The position numbers were made by a program, and so were the translations under genes. Positions 11,229-18,908 of a DNA stretch of 64,000 nucleotides are shown here, piece by piece. The notes beneath the pieces were generated by a model. It was not told the DNA's origin. It ran no database searches and saw only the letters and a program-made list of their open reading frames with translations. Where the stretch lies: the NCBI GenBank assembly GCA_964473825.1, contig CAYYQL010000001.1, forward strand, positions 32,001 to 96,000, in the 5' to 3' direction. This stretch comes from an uncultured archaeon. Lineage in GTDB: Archaea > Asgardarchaeota > Thorarchaeia > Thorarchaeales > Thorarchaeaceae. Numbering within the stretch: position 1 is the first letter of the stretch; the number at the start of each line of letters is the position of its first letter.

Positions 11229-11510
11229 ATGACAGACAACGATGAGAGCCCGCTCCTGGTCAGGATCCCTGGACGAGATGAGGACCGGTCCGCCGCGAAG
11301 CATCCCCGGCCCCGATGTGGGATCTGTGGACGTCCAACAGTGGTCGCCACCATAGACCGGGGCAAGACCGAGAAGAAGGGGAAGAGGCCAGTGGGCCGAC
11401 CCAGGAAGGGCGCAAGATACACTCGCTACCGAAAGATCGGGAGGTACTGCGCCTATTGCGAGATCTTCTACTATCCCAACGGCACCCCTGACTACAGGTT
11501 GAGAGGCTAG
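11229..11510 (+). CDS. C4 zinc-ribbon protein with AT-hook-like motif
   Basis: CGIC...KRPVGRPRK...CAYC. Confidence 0.7.
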   Translation: MTDNDESPLLVRIPGRDEDRSAAKHPRPRCGICGRPTVVATIDRGKTEKKGKRPVGRPRKGARYTRYRKIGRYCAYCEIFYYPNGTPDYRLRG

Positions 11511-11922
11511 AGAAGAATAGCTTCTCCAAGTTCACGGGGCACGGTCTCCTGTCCTGGTGAACCTTGGTCTCCCTCGAGCATCGAGGCCCACACGTATGGA
11601 TCAACACTCGTTGGTAACTGCTGAGCAGCTGAGGAAGTTGGCGCCCGCCAACTCGTTGGTAACTGTAGAGAACATATCCATCGTCCTGCCTTACTCATAC
11701 ACTATAGCTGAAGAGCAAGAAGACGGGCGACTTTTCACTCACCCTCTGATAACAGCCTCGAAACGGCCTCTCGCGCTTGTCTACGATTCGTCTGGGCAGA
11801 CTTGGTCCAGAGAAGAATTTGCCTTCCATACGATCTCTCCGCTGAAGATTCGGCATCGGAGGGTTGTGCGAGCTCCCCGAGGTTCCCAGAAGAAGGTCTC
11901 AGAACTCGTTGGTAACTGGACG

Positions 11923-12093
11923 TCAGGTGTCCTTCTCCCTGTAGGTCGCAATGAGATCCTCGAGTCGCTTTCTGATTGCCTCTTTGACGAACTCAGCAAA
12001 GGACGTGTAGCCGAGGCCGATCTCTTCATTCTTCTTCTCAACAAGATCCCTCAAGGACTCGGGAATGCGTACCGTGATGTATTCGTCAGACAT
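11923..12093 (-). CDS. Ribbon-helix-helix (CopG/NikR-like) regulator, 56 aa (not in ORF track)
   Basis: MSDEYITVRIPESLRDLVEKKNEEIGLGYTSFAEFVKEAIRKRLEDLIATYREKDT*. Confidence 0.85.
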   Translation of the reverse strand: MSDEYITVRIPESLRDLVEKKNEEIGLGYTSFAEFVKEAIRKRLEDLIATYREKDT

Positions 12094-12184
12094 GATTCAT
12101 CCGAGACCACCGCGAGAGATAATCCCTTCCTATCAATATTGAATCACCTATGACGCAAAGGCTTAAGTATCACGGATGAATCAT
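12092..12184. promoter_or_regulatory. Divergent promoter region with 12-bp inverted repeats and a central palindrome
   Basis: ATGATTCATCCG (12092-12103) / CGGATGAATCAT (12173-12184); TCAATATTGA at 12133-12142; TATA-like TTAAGTA at 12163. Confidence 0.7.
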
Positions 12185-12186
12185 AG

Positions 12187-12351
12187 ATGGCTATGACTGA
12201 ATACAAGGGCGTCAAGATCCCGGCTGAACTGGCTGAGATCATTGACGTTAAACTGGTCAAGGAATCCGGCTACACTTCTCGAGCAGACTACATCAAGGAG
12301 TGCATCCGCAACGATCTCAGAAAGCGTGGGCTCCTGGGAGGGTCGGAGTGA
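12187..12351 (+). CDS. Ribbon-helix-helix regulator, 54 aa (not in ORF track)
   Basis: MAMTEYKGVKIPAELAEIIDVKLVKESGYTSRADYIKECIRNDLRKRGLLGGSE*; TGATG coupling to the next gene. Confidence 0.85.
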   Translation: MAMTEYKGVKIPAELAEIIDVKLVKESGYTSRADYIKECIRNDLRKRGLLGGSE

Positions 12352-12635
12352 TGCGTAGGGTCGACACCGACTACTTCTCCGTCGAGTACCCCGAGGACGT
12401 GACCTGCAGGCCCTTCGCGGTGCAGGAACCTCCGCTCCTCATGATGGTCTTTCGCAGAAGGGACGGACAGGAGATACACTTCGAGACCAAGCCCGGGGCC
12501 AGGGCCAAGACTATTCTCTTCGACAAGGACATCCTCATCATTGTTGTACGTCGCGACGCAGATACCCCCGATCTTGGCGACGGAGAGCAGGTCCCTGATA
12601 TCATCTCGAGAAGACTCTCAGGGGAGGGCAACTGA
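12351..12635 (+). CDS. Hypothetical protein
   Basis: Stop/start overlap (TGATG) on both sides; GGAGGG RBS. Confidence 0.7.
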   Translation: MRRVDTDYFSVEYPEDVTCRPFAVQEPPLLMMVFRRRDGQEIHFETKPGARAKTILFDKDILIIVVRRDADTPDLGDGEQVPDIISRRLSGEGN

Positions 12636-12988
12636 TGGACTGCTATGAGTTTTCCTCGATTTCTCGGGTATCAGACACGACCGGCTTCCATCCGATCAAG
12701 AGCGGAAGGGACTATGCCTTCGAGCCAGACAGGGAGTTCGTGACCTTCTCCCAGGAGATCAACCTCGGTAACACTCCCCTGGAGAACTGCGCTGCACTCT
12801 TGGTGAGGACTCGGAGCCCTGCCGCTGATGTCGCGAGAAGCATCAAGAAGACTGAGACCGACAGGGAGCATGCCTGGGCCGATACCTCATTCTCGAGTGC
12901 TGTGGGCCTCATCCACGTGGTCTCCGACGTGGAGGTCTCACTCTCAGTGGTCCGACCCGACCTGCTCCTGGTCTTCCTGCAGAAGTGA
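12635..12988 (+). CDS. Hypothetical protein
   Basis: 117 aa; translationally coupled; GGAGGG RBS. Confidence 0.7.
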   Translation: MDCYEFSSISRVSDTTGFHPIKSGRDYAFEPDREFVTFSQEINLGNTPLENCAALLVRTRSPAADVARSIKKTETDREHAWADTSFSSAVGLIHVVSDVEVSLSVVRPDLLLVFLQK

Positions 12989-12997
12989 TCTAGGAGG

Positions 12998-13129
12998 ATG
13001 ATGAGTCTGCCAGATCCAACAAAGCAAGAGGTCCTTGCGTGGTATCGAAAGGTCGCTCGAGAAGAAGTCAAGAAGGTCCTCGGGGAGATCAGTCCCAAGC
13101 AGCGGAGAACCCTCCAGGAGGGGATGTAG
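12998..13129 (+). CDS. Small hypothetical protein (43 aa; not in ORF track)
   Basis: AGGAGG RBS; MMSLPDPTKQEVLAWYRKVAREEVKKVLGEISPKQRRTLQEGM*. Confidence 0.6.
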   Translation: MMSLPDPTKQEVLAWYRKVAREEVKKVLGEISPKQRRTLQEGM

Positions 13130-13130
13130 T

Positions 13131-13472
13131 GTGGAGCGGCCTGATTCTATCTCTATTGCGAAGGGCCATGTTGCTCCTGCGAATAGCCTACAGAACAAGC
13201 AGCCACTCTGTCAATCCTGTGCCAAGCGACACTTCTGCAACCAGTTCGTCTGGCAAGTTGCTCCCATGACTACCTGTGAGATGCGGATAGCCTATAGCCT
13301 GTCCTCAGAGTTATGGCTTCTATGGCTCTACCATCTTGCTCCACTCTGCCATGAATGCGCTATCTACCTGGACTGCGAGGAAGAATGCTGCGAAGAGTAC
13401 CACGATCCCCCGGCGGTCTGGTATCTCATGCTTGCCTATTCGTGGCTTGAGAAGTACAAGGAGGAGAACTAG
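13131..13472 (+). CDS. Cys-rich putative metal-binding protein
   Basis: GTG after GGAGGGG; duplicated PLCxxC motif (PLCQSCAKRHFC / PLCHECAIYLDC). Confidence 0.6.
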   Translation: MERPDSISIAKGHVAPANSLQNKQPLCQSCAKRHFCNQFVWQVAPMTTCEMRIAYSLSSELWLLWLYHLAPLCHECAIYLDCEEECCEEYHDPPAVWYLMLAYSWLEKYKEEN

Positions 13473-14444
13473 ATGCAGGTACTGGTCAGGAATCAACATC
13501 TCTGCACCGAGTGTGGAGCTCCCCTCATCTCCCACAATGGGGCTCTCGTCTGCAGAGAGTGTGGTCTCGAGCACAGACGCGAACTGGTCCCAGGGACATT
13601 CAAGATCGGGGAGTCCATTGACTACGGCGAGGACTACTCCGCAAGCAGGTCGACGTCCGTCAACGATGCAGATGTCCTCGTAGATGGTGATGGTCTCGGG
13701 ACTTATATCTCCAGCTCGGTGAGAATGAGCTCCAGTTACCAACGAGCCAAGATCTACCGACTGCAGCAGCTCAATCGTCGCATCGCCTTGAAGCACCTGG
13801 AGCAAGAACGCAAGGTCCTTGTCTGGCTGGGTCGCTACGCCTCTGAGCTCGGACTCTCAGGCCAGATAGTGAGAAGAGCCAAGCATCTCTGCAAGCAGGC
13901 AATGAGACGCCTTCAGCAGGTCGGCGACGAGTTCAACAACTGCAGTCTGAACCGGGTCATCCTGGGCTGCTCTTCAACGATCTTCGCAGCTCGAGAGGCA
14001 AGAGTCCCGATGGATCCCCAGGAGATCATTGACGTCTGGGCCCAGCGTCATCGGGTCACTCTCTGCAACGTCAGGAAGGGCCTGTACTGGATCCAGAAAC
14101 AGACAGGGATTCCGTTCTCCTTCTCGAGGCCGATCGATTATGTTGACAAGACGGTCTCCGAGCTCAGGGCCTGCAATGAACTGATGGAACGAATCAGTGA
14201 CAGGGGACTTGATCTAGAGCGACTGATGCAGAGGCTGCGGCAAGATCTCAGCATGATTCTCAGTGCTACTCCCTCGGTTGTCTATCAGGGACGAAAGCCC
14301 TCAACCCTGACCCCAGCCCTTGCGTACGTTCTGCTGAAACGGCAGTGTGTCGGGGTGAGCCAGAAGGTGGTCGCTAGGGCCTGCGGAATCAGCTACCTGA
14401 CAATGCGGTACGGCTCTAGCCTTTGGAGGGAATACCTGAGATGA
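13473..14444 (+). CDS. tfb: Divergent transcription initiation factor IIB (TFB) homologue
   Basis: N-terminal CxxC..VCxxCG zinc ribbon; cyclin-repeat motifs GRKPSTL and SQKVVARACGISYLTMR. Confidence 0.8.
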   Translation: MQVLVRNQHLCTECGAPLISHNGALVCRECGLEHRRELVPGTFKIGESIDYGEDYSASRSTSVNDADVLVDGDGLGTYISSSVRMSSSYQRAKIYRLQQLNRRIALKHLEQERKVLVWLGRYASELGLSGQIVRRAKHLCKQAMRRLQQVGDEFNNCSLNRVILGCSSTIFAAREARVPMDPQEIIDVWAQRHRVTLCNVRKGLYWIQKQTGIPFSFSRPIDYVDKTVSELRACNELMERISDRGLDLERLMQRLRQDLSMILSATPSVVYQGRKPSTLTPALAYVLLKRQCVGVSQKVVARACGISYLTMRYGSSLWREYLR

Positions 14445-14641
14445 CGATCAGGATCATCGGTCGGGAGCAGGTGGTCTGTGACTGCACCGGCAACACCTCT
14501 GAGACCTACCAGGACAGGCTTCTGGTGGGCATATCCCACAGCAGGGACAGCATTATCGTCCGGGTGTTCTGTCCCGAGTGCGACGCGACCCGTGATTTCA
14601 CCATCAGGAGTGGTCTGCACCTGGACTGGATGTCTCACTAG
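14441..14641 (+). CDS. Small zinc-finger protein
   Basis: ATGA overlap with the TFB stop; CDC...CPEC. Confidence 0.65.
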   Translation: MTIRIIGREQVVCDCTGNTSETYQDRLLVGISHSRDSIIVRVFCPECDATRDFTIRSGLHLDWMSH

Positions 14642-14925
14642 TTACCAACGAGTTGAACCGACCAGGAGAGATTTCCTCCCTGGCGGGAATTCGCTCTATC
14701 GAGCGAGGTGATGAATGGGAACTGACGGACCTGGAGTACACTGTCATGCTCTCGGCCTCTCTCAGCTAGAACAGGCGGTTTCAGATCGCCCTCTCCTATT
14801 TCTTGAGATGGTGCTTAGCCAGAGGTCACGTCGACCAGCTTGACAAGTTGGCGCGCGCCAACTCGTTGGTAACTTGAAACAGCTGCAGAAGTTAGCGCGC
14901 CAAGTGTCAGAGGATAAAAGGGGGG

Positions 14926-15381
14926 CTAATCAGGTATTCTACTGGACGAAGACACATCAGATACATTCGTTGATGAAACAACATAGACGGGCTCTTGGAA
15001 CTGGTTAATGCGAGATGATCTGACAACCCTTGATACGATTAGTCTGACCTTCAGAATGTCTCCATTCTCCAGTCGATGTGTATTCCACACTTCCTTAACT
15101 GGCTCGAAATCAACCATTGTCCGAGTTTCTTCAATTCCTTCCTCTTCAGACAAGGCAAGTGATTTTGCTTCTTTGGATACTCTCACACTGGTGACATTGG
15201 TAGCAGCATAGGCAATAAGAGGTCCGCCCGATATCTTGAGCTGGTGGGTGTCGAAGACTTTGAATACGATGGGTCTGATTCTCATCCTCGAACCATCTAC
15301 TAAATCATATTCATTCCATCCTTCATGGATGGGTTCGAAATCAAGTTCTGTAGCTTCTTCGCTGAGTTTCCTTATCTCCAA
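14926..15381 (-). CDS. Hypothetical protein with an internal tandem domain duplication
   Basis: DFEPIHEGWNEYDLVDGSRMRIRPIV / DFEPVKEVWNTHRLENGDILKVRLIV. Confidence 0.8.
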   Translation of the reverse strand: MEIRKLSEEATELDFEPIHEGWNEYDLVDGSRMRIRPIVFKVFDTHQLKISGGPLIAYAATNVTSVRVSKEAKSLALSEEEGIEETRTMVDFEPVKEVWNTHRLENGDILKVRLIVSRVVRSSRINQFQEPVYVVSSTNVSDVSSSSRIPD

Positions 15382-15383
15382 TG

Positions 15384-15947
15384 CTATCCTCTCATCTTGT
15401 TTGCCTTCACATCATAAATCTTGATTGGATGTGTGTCTGACCAGAATCCCTTGTCAAATGTGGCCAGATAGTCACATCCGAAGTAGCATGCAAGCGAAAT
15501 ATGGAATGCATCGTTTCCACCAATCCCCACCAGCTTCTGGTTCGAGCCTCTCATGGCGACACGGTAGTTGGAATTCCTTAGCTGGTCCAGACCAAGCTCT
15601 AGCACTGCCCATACAAGGGGAGCATTTCTTCCTAGAATTGACAGCTCAAACTGAGTACCTGAAACAAACTCAAGATTCTTTAGAGCCATGATCTTTCCGA
15701 CTCCTTGTACTACATCCTGCTCAATGACTCCATAGTTCGTGTAGTTCTTGCGGACACAAGCTTTCCGAATGACGCTAATCATCTCCATCAATGCCCAAGT
15801 TGAAACAATCCCTGTTGCTGTTCCTTGTGCTATCTGCTGAAAGAAAGCCTTAGTGGCTCGTCTATCTCTACTGCGTCCGTAGCCGCTGAGATAGTTTAGA
15901 AGGACCGATGTATCGATGTAACAGAAACCGGCGGGAATCGAAGACAT
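15384..15947 (-). CDS. PIN-domain (VapC-like) nuclease
   Basis: YIDTSVL, STWALMEM, NDAFH and LATFDKGF acidic PIN motifs. Confidence 0.88.
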   Translation of the reverse strand: MSSIPAGFCYIDTSVLLNYLSGYGRSRDRRATKAFFQQIAQGTATGIVSTWALMEMISVIRKACVRKNYTNYGVIEQDVVQGVGKIMALKNLEFVSGTQFELSILGRNAPLVWAVLELGLDQLRNSNYRVAMRGSNQKLVGIGGNDAFHISLACYFGCDYLATFDKGFWSDTHPIKIYDVKANKMRG

Positions 15948-15960
15948 CCTTTCTCCCTCT

Positions 15961-16359
15961 CTACTTGAGTCTGACCTCTCTCAGCAGGTCCTCGACAGTC
16001 TTATCTTCCTCTCCATCGAATAGATGGGCAAGTGAGCCAAACCCATCTTCAATTGATTCAAAGCATGGATGAGGTAAGGGTCTATCCCCGGCTATAATCC
16101 TCCAGATGCGTTGTCTGCTGTGCTCGGCAACACGCCGTCCCTCTACGGACGTAGTTAGTGAATATGTAGGAACTATGGACACCTGTAGTTGAAGCATGGA
16201 GAAATGTTGTCTTGAATCGGTAGAGCACTCGACAGGATTCTGGGTTTCTTCAGGAGCAACTCGGACTAGAACGCAGTCCATCAGGTTCTCCGACGTTTCC
16301 GGGGATATCTGAAGAATGGATTCATTTTGTTCTTTTGAAACCAGCACTGGACCCACCAC
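15961..16359 (-). CDS. Hypothetical protein, putative antitoxin
   Basis: Directly upstream of PIN; acidic tail FGSLAHLFDGEEDKTVEDLLREVR; BRE/TATA-like GAAAAACCCTTTTATC upstream. Confidence 0.5.
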   Translation of the reverse strand: MVGPVLVSKEQNESILQISPETSENLMDCVLVRVAPEETQNPVECSTDSRQHFSMLQLQVSIVPTYSLTTSVEGRRVAEHSRQRIWRIIAGDRPLPHPCFESIEDGFGSLAHLFDGEEDKTVEDLLREVRLK

Positions 16360-16578
16360 CAGGAGTACCTCTCCGAATTCTAGTATGCCTTCCTCAGATA
16401 AAAGGGTTTTTCGTCAGGGCAATCAGGTCAACCCTATTAGAATCCACAGTGTATCCAGTACCCTATCCACCTTGACCAAGAACTAGAGGGCACTCCTGCT
16501 TGAATGGTCACAGGACTATTCAACTCGTTGGTAACTACGACTTGAGGTTGTTAAAAGGCATTGGCACTACTAGAGACC

Positions 16579-17289
16579 ATGAGTCTAACAGGTGGGATCT
16601 ATCGAACCCAGGATGAGAATGCGAATCTCCTGACGGTGATCTACATCGTCGCTGGTGCATTGACTGCGACCTTCTCGGCTCGAGCAGTCATGAATGACCC
16701 TACTCAGCTCAGCCGATGGCTACTCTTCTTGGTGTGGCTGGCATTGGGCATCAGTATCGCTGCACTCATCGGCGTGCAGGCTCGACCCGAGCGGGTCATC
16801 GGAGAGGGCTTTGCTCTCTCGATTGGTATCATAGGCTACTCGGTCATCATGGTGATCCAGTACTGCATGGTGCTGGTCTCGGCCTTCATGCCCTTCTCCC
16901 AGATGAACTTCTACTTCGCGATTTTGGCCCCGATATCGGAGACCTTCTTTTTCACGGTCACGCTGTACAGGATCATCCGCGTGGCCCTTCCTGCCTTCAC
17001 CTGGCTCTTCTCGAACCTGATCTCGTCGATTACCTTCGCGCTGTATCACTACTTCGTCTATGGTCTGGACCCGATTTCGCTCATCGTCCTCTTCTTGGGC
17101 AACACCGTCCTCAACTACACCTTTGAACTGACGAAGAACCCTGCAGCACCCATCACGGCACATCTCCTCGTGAATCTGACGCCCTACTGGTGGGACGTCG
17201 CGGGTCTCTTGGTTGCCAACTGGTGGATGATTGCACTCCCGATCTTCCTCACTGTGGTGTGCATCATCTGCGGCGGGACCCGGCGCTAG
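16579..17289 (+). CDS. CPBP/CAAX (Abi) family intramembrane protease-like protein
   Basis: Multi-TM; APISET, FALYH and HLLVN motifs (motif 1 degenerate). Confidence 0.75.
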   Translation: MSLTGGIYRTQDENANLLTVIYIVAGALTATFSARAVMNDPTQLSRWLLFLVWLALGISIAALIGVQARPERVIGEGFALSIGIIGYSVIMVIQYCMVLVSAFMPFSQMNFYFAILAPISETFFFTVTLYRIIRVALPAFTWLFSNLISSITFALYHYFVYGLDPISLIVLFLGNTVLNYTFELTKNPAAPITAHLLVNLTPYWWDVAGLLVANWWMIALPIFLTVVCIICGGTRR

Positions 17290-17814
17290 TTACCAACGAG
17301 TGGACTGAGACCGTCCTCTCATCTCCTTGCTTCATGTTGCTCAGTAACTACTGGCCAGTTACCAACGAGTCAGAAGAAGCGATTCTCGACCTGTGACACT
17401 GTCTTGTTGCTCCCCTCAGCATTCAACAGTGACGAAGTTATTAAGAATCGGTCATATCTTGATAGTGTGACCTAAGGTGCTTCTTGACCCAGAGAGCGGG
17501 AGGGACCGCTGCTATCTGTTCTCTATGTTTGACACCACTGAGAGTGGTGGTAGTCTAGACACTTCAGGGAGTCGGTGTCAACCACTGAGATTTTCGCGAA
17601 AAACGAGAATCCGTCTACACCCTTCTCTTCATTGGCGCGGAGGAGATGGGGCAGGGGATCTCTGGGGACAGGTGGGAGGGCTGGAGGGGAACGGGAGCGC
17701 CAGGGACCAGGAGCGGAGGGGCGAGAGGGCGGTGGTGGGGGCGCCATGAAATTTTTGCGGAGGAGGGGGAGTGTAGACGATTAACTATGAAGAATCTCAA
17801 GGAGACGATAGACG

Positions 17815-18102
17815 GTGACCACTGAGAAACCTAACTTCGTGGAGAGGAATCTGGATGAGGCGACGGCTGAGGTTTTTGCCCTGCTTGCAGAGCAGCGACG
17901 TCGCACAGGGACCTTCCTGATATCGCAGAAGGCTCTTCGGAAACAGATTCAAGACCGATTCGGCGGGAGTCCCACGCAGGCCGGCTACCTTGCCAGGGGT
18001 GTGATGAAACGCTTGCAGGAGCGGGGAATCGCGGAGATCTGGGACCAAGAGAAGATGTCCAGCTTCAAGAAGAAGATCTACAAGGTCCATGCGGAGGTCT
18101 GA
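17815..18102 (+). CDS. Small basic protein, probable winged helix (paralog A)
   Basis: AAGGAG RBS; VMKRLQERGI..W...IYKV wing pattern. Confidence 0.7.
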   Translation: MTTEKPNFVERNLDEATAEVFALLAEQRRRTGTFLISQKALRKQIQDRFGGSPTQAGYLARGVMKRLQERGIAEIWDQEKMSSFKKKIYKVHAEV

Positions 18103-18104
18103 CT

Positions 18105-18374
18105 GTGACAAGATATGTCGAGCAGAATCTCGAGGAGGCCTACCAGGAGGTTCTCAGCATCCTGGAGGAGCAACGACGCCGCATGGGAACATTCGTTATC
18201 TCGCTGAAACGCATCAGGACCTATGTATCCGAGAGGGTCGGGGGACACAAGAGCCAGGTGGGACGTCTGAGCCGGGCAGTGATGGAACGGCTCGAGCAGG
18301 AGGGCGTTGTCCAGATCTGGGATGAGTGGGAGATGAGGAAGTACAATCGCCGGGTCTACCAGGTCCGTGCCTGA
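18105..18374 (+). CDS. Small basic protein, probable winged helix (paralog B)
   Basis: GGAGG RBS; clearly similar to 17815-18102 (EQRRR.GTF.IS, VM.RL...G...IWD). Confidence 0.7.
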   Translation: MTRYVEQNLEEAYQEVLSILEEQRRRMGTFVISLKRIRTYVSERVGGHKSQVGRLSRAVMERLEQEGVVQIWDEWEMRKYNRRVYQVRA

Positions 18375-18908
18375 GACCCTGAAGGTAAGTTTATTAAGTC
18401 TAGACGGAATCGTAATAACATGCCTTGCGAAATCCTCCCCGGACTTCTTGAAGCAAGGTATTCCTCTCGTGATTTCTGGTCCTGATCTCATCATCAGGAC
18501 CTCTTTTCCTTGTTCATCAAAAGAGCATTATTTACCAACGACGGCTTTTTATATTTCTAGACAGAAGGACTGAGTGTCTTTTCTCTCGGGGAGGGACGAA
18601 AGGACTCGCGCCTCGGCGCGGATTTGCATAGGAAATCATGAGATGAAAAGAATGAAAACTGCCCTACGTGAAGTTGGGACTGGGCGTGGAAGAGCCCTAG
18701 CCTCTCAAAAGCAAGGCTCTCGTCACGACTGCTGCAGTCCCAGAAAGAACAAAGCTGACTCCCCTTATGAAGGCAGCTGTAATACCAGTGGCGTCAGCCA
18801 CTGCGGCAAGATACTGTTTCTCAAGTACTCCAGGGTCTGTTTCGAGAGGCTTTATGGTCCTCTGCATAGTTTCCGGAGTCCGAGCGACATCATCCAGGGG
18901 GTGCATTC

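Larger units (their letters stand above)
10446..17370. repeat. Dispersed 14-bp motif ACTCGTTGGTAACT, 12 copies
   Basis: + copies at 10448 (12/14), 10742 (12/14), 11606, 11651, 11904, 14861, 16523; reverse-complement copies at 10974, 13734 (13/14), 14640, 17288, 17357. Confidence 0.95.

Noticed and set aside
11557-12153. 198-aa ORF in the track
   Set aside because: Shadow ORF: antisense to a convincing RHH gene (11923-12093) and runs through three DNA repeats
13035-13130. Track start of the 145-aa Cys-rich ORF
   Set aside because: Overlaps a better 43-aa ORF; a GTG with RBS at 13131 is the more likely start
13165-13192. APANSL peptide shared with ORFs 10815 and 11557
   Set aside because: The other two arise from the DNA palindrome in doubtful ORFs. 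This one could be a decayed copy or chance, so I cannot support a protein motif
10446-17370. 14-bp repeats as a CRISPR array or classical integron attC array
   Set aside because: Irregular spacing, both orientations, too short, no cas genes. They lack the RYYYAAC...GTTRRRY attC architecture, and the integrase is not recognisably IntI-like
17477-17800. Gly/Arg- or Pro-rich ORFs on both strands
   Set aside because: Most likely artefacts of the G-rich tract; no start context or protein-like composition
18568-18625. Possible hammerhead ribozyme (CTGAG...CGAAA)
   Set aside because: The core CUGANGA is not matched
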